Source: Clostridiaceae bacterium
GTDB lineage: Bacteria; Bacillota; Clostridia; Saccharofermentanales; DTU023
NCBI GenBank assembly: GCA_012838135.1
Contig: DUPV01000054.1
Span: 4,270 to 68,269, forward strand
Direction of reading: 5' to 3'
Length of the DNA stretch: 64,000 nucleotides
Position numbers and translations under genes: made by a program. The notes below the pieces were generated by a model. The model did no database searches, was not told where the DNA came from, and saw nothing but the letters and a program-made list of their open reading frames with translations. This document shows, piece by piece, positions 58,904 to 64,000 of this stretch (the stretch's first letter is position 1; each line of letters begins with the position of its first letter).

Positions 58904-59608
58904 TCATTTTCGAACAACCCAGCCATTGTCGATCCAGTGTTGCAAATCCGGACTTAGTTCTTGCCCTTCAGGAGTCTTTTTCGAAAGCAAAGTTTGCATC
59001 ATCTTACACATCTGAAATATAAACTTGGTTTTCAAACTCCTGTTGGCTGGTGTTAAATCATGAAATTGTCTGGCAAATTTACGTATTTTTCTCTCAAACT
59101 TTGCTCGCCTTGCTTCTGAAATTTCATTCCAGATAACACCTTCCATCATACCGAAACCTATTTTTTTAACCCTCGATACACCTAACCAATTTAAACATGT
59201 TTTCACATCTTTTTGTGCCTCTTTATTTGGTGCTCCTATACTCTGCGTTATAATAACCGCCGTTTTATTAAACATTCTCGGATCCGGCCGATGAGCAAAC
59301 CAATGAACACCAAGATGATCCAAAAGGCTTTTTACATGACCGGGTGCTCTGAGAACATATACCGGATAGGCAAAAATAATTAAGTCAGCTTCTAACATAG
59401 CCTGCCAAATCGGCTCAACTTTCTGATAATGCGGACATAACGTTTCACTCTTGACAAAACAAAGCTTACAACCTGTACAATAGTTTGGAGCATCTTTGGG
59501 CAAATAAAATTCAGTAAGTTGCCTTGGCTTTAACTCATCCAGAAATATCTCTTTCAGATTATAGGTACATCCCTTTTGTTCTGTACCGTTTACCACAACA
59601 CATTTCAT
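58904..59608 (-). CDS. flavodoxin-like fold NAD(P)H-dependent oxidoreductase / iron-sulfur flavoprotein-like
   Basis: N-terminus MKCVVVNGTEQKG, a Cys motif CTGCKLCF....CP, and the (I/L)IFAYPVY pattern typical of FMN reductase-like proteins. Confidence 0.65.
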   Translation of the reverse strand: MKCVVVNGTEQKGCTYNLKEIFLDELKPRQLTEFYLPKDAPNYCTGCKLCFVKSETLCPHYQKVEPIWQAMLEADLIIFAYPVYVLRAPGHVKSLLDHLGVHWFAHRPDPRMFNKTAVIITQSIGAPNKEAQKDVKTCLNWLGVSRVKKIGFGMMEGVIWNEISEARRAKFERKIRKFARQFHDLTPANRSLKTKFIFQMCKMMQTLLSKKTPEGQELSPDLQHWIDNGWVVRK

Positions 59609-59826
59609 TTTTGTTCTCCTGCATAGAATTTAAGTTTATTTTATCACCATGCTGTTAATTGTTGATTATAATTAATTTTTTCTCAGATATATTTTCTATG
59701 GCTGTTGTTTAAAAATATTAACTTGTAGTTATTATGGTTGTAAACTGAAGTGTATGTTGACTTATTCCCCCACATAATCTATTGCTTAACGTATAAGAGA
59801 TTATTTAATTAAAATAATATAACTCG

Positions 59827-59854
59827 ATTAAATAATTAAGATTAAATAATTAAG
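59827..59854. repeat. perfect 14-bp tandem duplication spanning the pncA stop
   Basis: attaaataattaag occurs twice (59827-59840 and 59841-59854). The second copy contains the last codons and stop of pncA. Confidence 0.85.
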
Positions 59855-60402
59855 CCACCCTTGCTTGCTACCTCTTCAAGTGCACCTGTACCTGGAGTCA
59901 CCGGCGTTGTCAAATCTTTAAACACCCGAACTTTATAACCTAAATCAAGTCCATCAATCGCAGTTGCTCTCACACAATGGTCTTCTGCAATACCGATAAT
60001 ATCAAGTTGCGAAATTCCATTTACTTTCAAAATATCATCAAGTGACTTTCCGCTTTCTAAATCTACACCTTGGAATCCGCTATAATCGGAACGTCCCATA
60101 CCTTTAATGATATGTACTTGAATAAAACCGGTATCTAAGTTTGGGTGATACTCTGCACCGGGAGTACCCTGGACACAATGTGTCGGCCAGGTGTCTACAT
60201 AATCCGGTGAATCACTGATATGTCCGCCATTGCTGTTGTCCGGCTCATGCCAATCTCGGGTAGCAAGGATCAGATCATAATTCCCGGCATTTTCTGTTAA
60301 AAACTCTGTCGTTTTTTTAACTACTTCAACACCTCCATTAACTGCAAGGCTTCCGCCTTCACAAAAATCCACTTGTTCCTCTACAATAATTAAAGCCTTC
60401 AT
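59842..60402 (-). CDS. pncA: nicotinamidase/pyrazinamidase (isochorismatase family)
   Basis: MKALIIV..QVDFC..GSLAV (catalytic Asp context), a metal-binding D.H...H region (RDWHEPDNSNGGH), and the catalytic Cys in AEDHCV. Confidence 0.85.
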   Translation of the reverse strand: MKALIIVEEQVDFCEGGSLAVNGGVEVVKKTTEFLTENAGNYDLILATRDWHEPDNSNGGHISDSPDYVDTWPTHCVQGTPGAEYHPNLDTGFIQVHIIKGMGRSDYSGFQGVDLESGKSLDDILKVNGISQLDIIGIAEDHCVRATAIDGLDLGYKVRVFKDLTTPVTPGTGALEEVASKGGLII

Positions 60403-60485
60403 GATTATTCCTCTTCATAGTTTTCTTTATATAATTTCAGTTACTTAACTACTAATAAAAACTTATCCCTGCAAACCGGAATTCA

Positions 60486-60935
60486 TTAAAAGATAAAATT
60501 TGCAATTGCGCATATTAAATGGCCAACCGTGAAAAACAAAAGCGGAATCATTGCTATGCGGTTTTTTCTGTCAATTGCATACAGTGAGAACGCCAGGCAT
60601 GGCAAAACCGTCAAACCCAATATAACAATTGCACCTGCTAAACCCTGATAATATACAAACCAACTGAAATAATACAGAAGACAACAAATTCCAGAGCTCA
60701 CTATAAGCGGCGTTGCACTGAGTCTTCGACATTCGTTGTTCCTGAGGATACATAAACTTACAATCATCAATATCTGAAATATAGAAGCAATTTAGTCTAT
60801 TGTTTTCGTGATTGAATCCGTTCTTAAAATATCATTTGGTGCGGGAATAGCTAACCATATGAAGTTTGGTATCATAATAATCAGGAACAACAATAATGCC
60901 CAAATGTCGAAACTAATTTTGTATTTATTCAGCAT
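60486..60935 (-). pseudogene. small multi-TM membrane protein interrupted by one in-frame TAA
   Basis: ORFs 60792..60998 and 60486..60770 are in the same frame. The read-through is ...SITKTID-TAA(60792-60794)-IASIFQILMIVSL..., and the hydrophobic profile continues across the stop. The likely start ATG at 60935 follows GGGAAGGGAA. Confidence 0.5.
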
Positions 60936-61100
60936 CAGTATTCCCTTCCCATATCTTCTGATTTGTCTATACAATTCTATGTTTATCATAACAGTCACTT
61001 TCGTTAAATTTAAGCTCTACTTTGTTAATTATTGATAGATGCCGTCTACGTGCTGTGATCAGCCGCACCCGTAGAGGCAGACAAAAACGCCCCGATTATT

Positions 61101-61889
61101 TTAGATTGCTATGTCTTTTCTTGTGAATTTCCAATAAGCAATTAAAATACAGATAATACTTACTGTCATTCCTATTCCTATCAAATCCCAAAGAAGTTTG
61201 TTCTCCGAAAAGATTTGGGCAGCTTCTGCATATTTAAACGGGGTAATGTATTTTAAGTCCTTTGCCATATCTGTAATGTTGGCAATAATCCCTAAAAAAT
61301 ACATAGATAGTGCTAAGCCCAATCCTATACCGGCACCACCACCTTTTAAGAAGGCCGAGATCATAAAAGAGATGGCTGCAAGCTGTATATTCATAAAGAA
61401 GGTCGCAAGATGAAGCTTTAAAAATTGATCCATCTGAATTTCTTCACCTATTATTTGAAAAGATAAAATAGCCACTCCTATGATAACCAGATTCATCAGT
61501 ATAATCTGAAAAAATACAGCCGATAATTTTTCTGTAACGATTTTTGAACGCTTTATCGGATGAGAAATTAAAAATTCGGCAGTATGTTTGCCTTCCTCTT
61601 TAGCTAAAGAGTTTATTCCCAACAAAGCTGCATACATGGCAGTTCCTATTCCGACAATGTTTCCGCTCTCAATACCGTAAAATCCCATTGCTGTAGTCAT
61701 CTTCAAAACATCAAGGCCAAAAGCATCCGTGAAACCACCCATATTGGCAAAGCTTTCGTCCAAAGCATTCATATTGCCGGACATTTCAGGAAACATAAGC
61801 ATTACTATCGCTACAAAGAAAGCAATCGATAAAGTCCAGATGGAAAAGCTTTTAAATCCACTTTTAAGTTCTCGGAAAAACACTCTCAT
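61101..61889 (-). CDS. ABC-2-type transporter permease
   Basis: Six-TM protein, 4-nt overlap with the upstream ATPase gene. Confidence 0.8.
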   Translation of the reverse strand: MRVFFRELKSGFKSFSIWTLSIAFFVAIVMLMFPEMSGNMNALDESFANMGGFTDAFGLDVLKMTTAMGFYGIESGNIVGIGTAMYAALLGINSLAKEEGKHTAEFLISHPIKRSKIVTEKLSAVFFQIILMNLVIIGVAILSFQIIGEEIQMDQFLKLHLATFFMNIQLAAISFMISAFLKGGGAGIGLGLALSMYFLGIIANITDMAKDLKYITPFKYAEAAQIFSENKLLWDLIGIGMTVSIICILIAYWKFTRKDIAI

Positions 61890-62767
61890 CTTGTTTCGCT
61901 CCTTTCATAGTAGTACATAAATATTTCATCCAAATCCGGTTCTGTAATAATTAAATCTTTAACCTCAGTTTTTGATAATTCACGCAATATCATATTGATA
62001 TCGCCACTATATAAAAAGGAAGCTACATCACCATTTACTTTTAAATTTTTGATACCCTCTACATAAAAATCAGAGCTTATACCGGTAATTACAATCCTTT
62101 TCGCCATGCTCTTTATTATTTCAGAAATAGCGGATGTCATTACCAAAGAGCCGTTACTTATAATAGCAGCACGATGACAATAATGTTGAACTTCTGATAA
62201 GATATGGGATGATAAAAAGACCGTAGCACCTTCTTTATTTCTCTCCTTCACCAAATCCCAAAATTCCCTCTGCATCAGAGGATCCAAGCCACTGGTCGGT
62301 TCATCGAAAATGTAAAGTTTCGGCTTATGTTGCATAGCACAAACAATATTTACTTTTTTACGATTCCCTAAAGATAATTCACTGATTTTTTTCTTTGCAT
62401 CTAGTTCGAATCTGTCTACCAGCTTTTTTGCTTCCTCATCACAATTTAATTTTCGCAATTGTGATGAATATTTTATAACCTCGCCTACTCTCATATCACC
62501 ATAAAAATTTGATTCTGACGGCATATAGCCGATATGAGAAAGAATGTACTCTTTATTTTTAGAAATTTCTTTGTCAAATATTTCCGCTTTTCCGGAACTG
62601 GCATTTATCAATCCCAACAAAGTCCTTATCGTTGTACTCTTTCCCGCACCGTTTGAACCTATGAAACCGAAAATTTCACCTTCATGAACAGATAGGTTGA
62701 TATCCTTAATTCCTAAATGTTTTCCGTAGTATTTTGTCAGTTCAAATGTTTCTATTATCTTCTTCAT
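61886..62767 (-). CDS. ABC transporter ATP-binding protein (ABC-2 exporter type)
   Basis: Walker A GSNGAGKST, signature LSLGNRKK, Walker B YIFDEPTSGLD. Confidence 0.9.
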   Translation of the reverse strand: MKKIIETFELTKYYGKHLGIKDINLSVHEGEIFGFIGSNGAGKSTTIRTLLGLINASSGKAEIFDKEISKNKEYILSHIGYMPSESNFYGDMRVGEVIKYSSQLRKLNCDEEAKKLVDRFELDAKKKISELSLGNRKKVNIVCAMQHKPKLYIFDEPTSGLDPLMQREFWDLVKERNKEGATVFLSSHILSEVQHYCHRAAIISNGSLVMTSAISEIIKSMAKRIVITGISSDFYVEGIKNLKVNGDVASFLYSGDINMILRELSKTEVKDLIITEPDLDEIFMYYYERSETR

Positions 62768-62880
62768 GAGTTCTCCTGTAAAAACTGCATAATCTCTTTA
62801 AAAAGAAATGAGGTTTCCTTATTTAACTTATATTTTAATCATAATTTATCAATATATAAATTTCTTTTAATTCTGTACTC

Positions 62881-62907
62881 ATGATATCATATTGGTAATA
62901 TATTACC
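62881..62907. promoter_or_regulatory. two adjacent perfect palindromes in the divergent promoter region (candidate MarR operator)
   Basis: ATGATATCAT (62881-62890) and GGTAATATATTACC (62894-62907), 16 nt upstream of the first gene of the MarR-containing operon. Confidence 0.4.
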
Positions 62908-62922
62908 TATACAGGAGGCGTT

Positions 62923-63279
62923 ATGAAATCTTTAATCCTTTATCGCCCGCTTTACGCCAGCACGGAACAATACGCCCGTTGGATTCAGGAAGAATTATCT
63001 TCTCAATTGGATCGCATCGATAAATTACAAAAATATGATATTAAAATTGAAAAAACAAAAGTATTCTTCTTGCACGGGGTGCCGGACTACAGCAAACTGA
63101 GCCTGAAACACAGATCCATAATGTGGATGTTAGTTAACTATCTGAAAAGAAAGCCCGAAAAAGATTTGCCGAAAGACGGGGATCAGCTTATCAGCAATTA
63201 TGACGGAAAAGTTAGTTTTACTGACAGGAATTCCATAAAACCCCTTATAGAATATGCAAAAGAGGATTCAGCTGTATGA
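62923..63279 (+). CDS. flavodoxin-domain-like protein, apparently internally deleted and degenerate
   Basis: The ends resemble approximately 160-aa flavodoxin_5-type proteins: MKSLILY...TEQYARWIQEEL at the N-terminus and YSKLSL....FTDRNSIKPLIEY at the C-terminus. The phosphate loop (SSKTGNT) reads RPLYAST, and the central beta-alpha region is missing. Confidence 0.4.
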   Translation: MKSLILYRPLYASTEQYARWIQEELSSQLDRIDKLQKYDIKIEKTKVFFLHGVPDYSKLSLKHRSIMWMLVNYLKRKPEKDLPKDGDQLISNYDGKVSFTDRNSIKPLIEYAKEDSAV

Positions 63280-63758
63280 AGATAGAAGATTATATTCAAC
63301 AAAAAGGTGAAACGACTGATGGAAAAAAGTCCGTCTTGTTTTACTCGCTTTTCGTAATGACCAATCGCATCGAAACCATCTACAATGCCGGCATGGAAGA
63401 TTTAACTTTAAAACAGTTGATGCTTTTAATCCTGGTTGCTATATCGGAAGGAAAAACTTTCACTAGATACGGACAGATTATGGGATCATCCAGACAAAAT
63501 ATTAAGACCCTGGCCATTGCTCTCGAAAAAAAATCCTATGTTTCCATCAGGCAAGACGAAAACGATCGCAGAGCATTCGGTATCTTCCTAACTGCTAAAA
63601 CTGCAAAGCATTTTAAGGATACGGACCGTTATTACACAAAACAAATTATAAATCTCTTCTCTGAATTTACAGCGGATGAAATTGATTTAATGATTACCTT
63701 CATGTCAAAACTTTTGGCAGGGATTCAAAAGATGGAGGAAAATGATGAAGCAGTTTAA
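63276..63758 (+). CDS. MarR-family transcriptional regulator
   Basis: Winged-helix region LTLKQLMLLILVA....FTRYGQIMGSSRQNIKTLAIALEKKSYV....DENDRR. Confidence 0.85.
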   Translation: MKIEDYIQQKGETTDGKKSVLFYSLFVMTNRIETIYNAGMEDLTLKQLMLLILVAISEGKTFTRYGQIMGSSRQNIKTLAIALEKKSYVSIRQDENDRRAFGIFLTAKTAKHFKDTDRYYTKQIINLFSEFTADEIDLMITFMSKLLAGIQKMEENDEAV

Positions 63759-64000
63759 AAAATAACAATCATCCGAATAGCCTTAGTTTTAATATGTCTC
63801 CTTACTGCTAAACTCGTTACCGATAAAATAATCTCCGATGCCAAAGGTCTTCCTGTCGAAGAAATCAGTTTTAATCCAATAGAAGATGGCCAATATCTTG
63901 GAAACTATGAGATTTTCCCGATAAAAGTATCCGTTGAGACAAGCATTAAAAACGGTAAAATCACACAGATTGACTTGTTGGAACACTTTAACGGAAAAGG
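63759..64000 (+). CDS. FMN-binding-domain-like membrane-anchored protein; 3' end outside the window and 5' end disrupted or unresolved
   Basis: An open frame from 63759 to the window edge encodes KITIIRIALVLICLLTAKL (TM anchor) ...DGQYLGNYEIFPIKVSVETSIKNGKITQIDLLEH, a pattern typical of FMN_bind proteins. This frame has no start codon. ATGATG at 63742-63747 is one frame off, across an A6 run. Confidence 0.5.

Noticed and set aside
61041-61078. A GC-rich imperfect hairpin (GCCGTCTACGTGC ... GCACCCGTAGAGGC) downstream of the ABC-2 permease.
   Set aside because: It is a real inverted repeat, but it contains bulges and has no U-tract on either strand. It is a single copy in the window, so I cannot call it a terminator or a REP-type element.
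63789-63986. A 65-aa minus-strand ORF at the right edge.
   Set aside because: It is antisense to the much more convincing FMN-binding-domain frame on the + strand.
1-64000. Mobile elements, prophage, CRISPR-Cas, toxin-antitoxin or known defence-system gene sets.
   Set aside because: No transposase, integrase, recombinase, Cas, phage structural or recognisable TA proteins appear among the ORF translations. No long terminal or inverted repeats were spotted by eye.

Overview
This is a 64-kb chromosomal segment from a low-GC Gram-positive bacterium. The gene order is Firmicutes/Clostridia-like, but I cannot name the species from sequence alone. All functional calls come from reading the ORF translations for family motifs; no database search was possible.

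Layout:
- 1-4.5 kb: a visibly GC-richer operon on the + strand. It encodes two nitrogenase-component-1-like (NifD/K-family) subunits, the first cut by the window edge, followed by a FecB/BtuF-type ABC importer (lipoprotein SBP, FecCD permease, ATPase).
- 4.7-5.5 kb: an orphan hypothetical gene on the - strand.
- 5.8-9.8 kb: pflB followed by a pflA whose product is fused in-frame to a complete Crp/Fnr-type regulator.
- 10-15.6 kb: a split ChrA pair, a nuclease-helicase (PD-(D/E)XK + XPD/DinG-like Fe-S helicase) and an acyl-CoA synthetase.
- 15.7-46.1 kb: a long, almost entirely minus-strand housekeeping block: recO, era, ybeY, pgpH, phoH, 2x DUF881, rluD, lspA, an orphan family-5 SBP, ymdB, rny, recN, argR, nadK, ispA, xseBA, nusB, the DUF2273/amaP/asp23 trio, efp, yqeG, ispH, a 618-aa membrane-anchored unknown, and parC/parE. 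One RluA-family gene lies on the + strand.
- 46.3-64 kb: a mosaic accessory-looking region with metY, a lipoprotein serpin, a metallophosphoesterase, CPBP protease + TetR, hppA, an exported ComEC-like MBL lipoprotein + DUF3006, nfo, a Zn-ribbon membrane protein divergent from a membrane-tethered XRE regulator, a flavodoxin-like protein, pncA, an ABC-2 exporter, and a MarR operon.

I found no rRNA, tRNA, CRISPR array, transposase or integrase.

The most interesting items are the nitrogenase-like/ABC-importer operon, the PflA-Crp fusion with a CRP-type palindrome upstream of pflB, the nuclease-XPD helicase, the exported MBL with an Ada-like zinc module, and three decaying genes at 60.5-64 kb.
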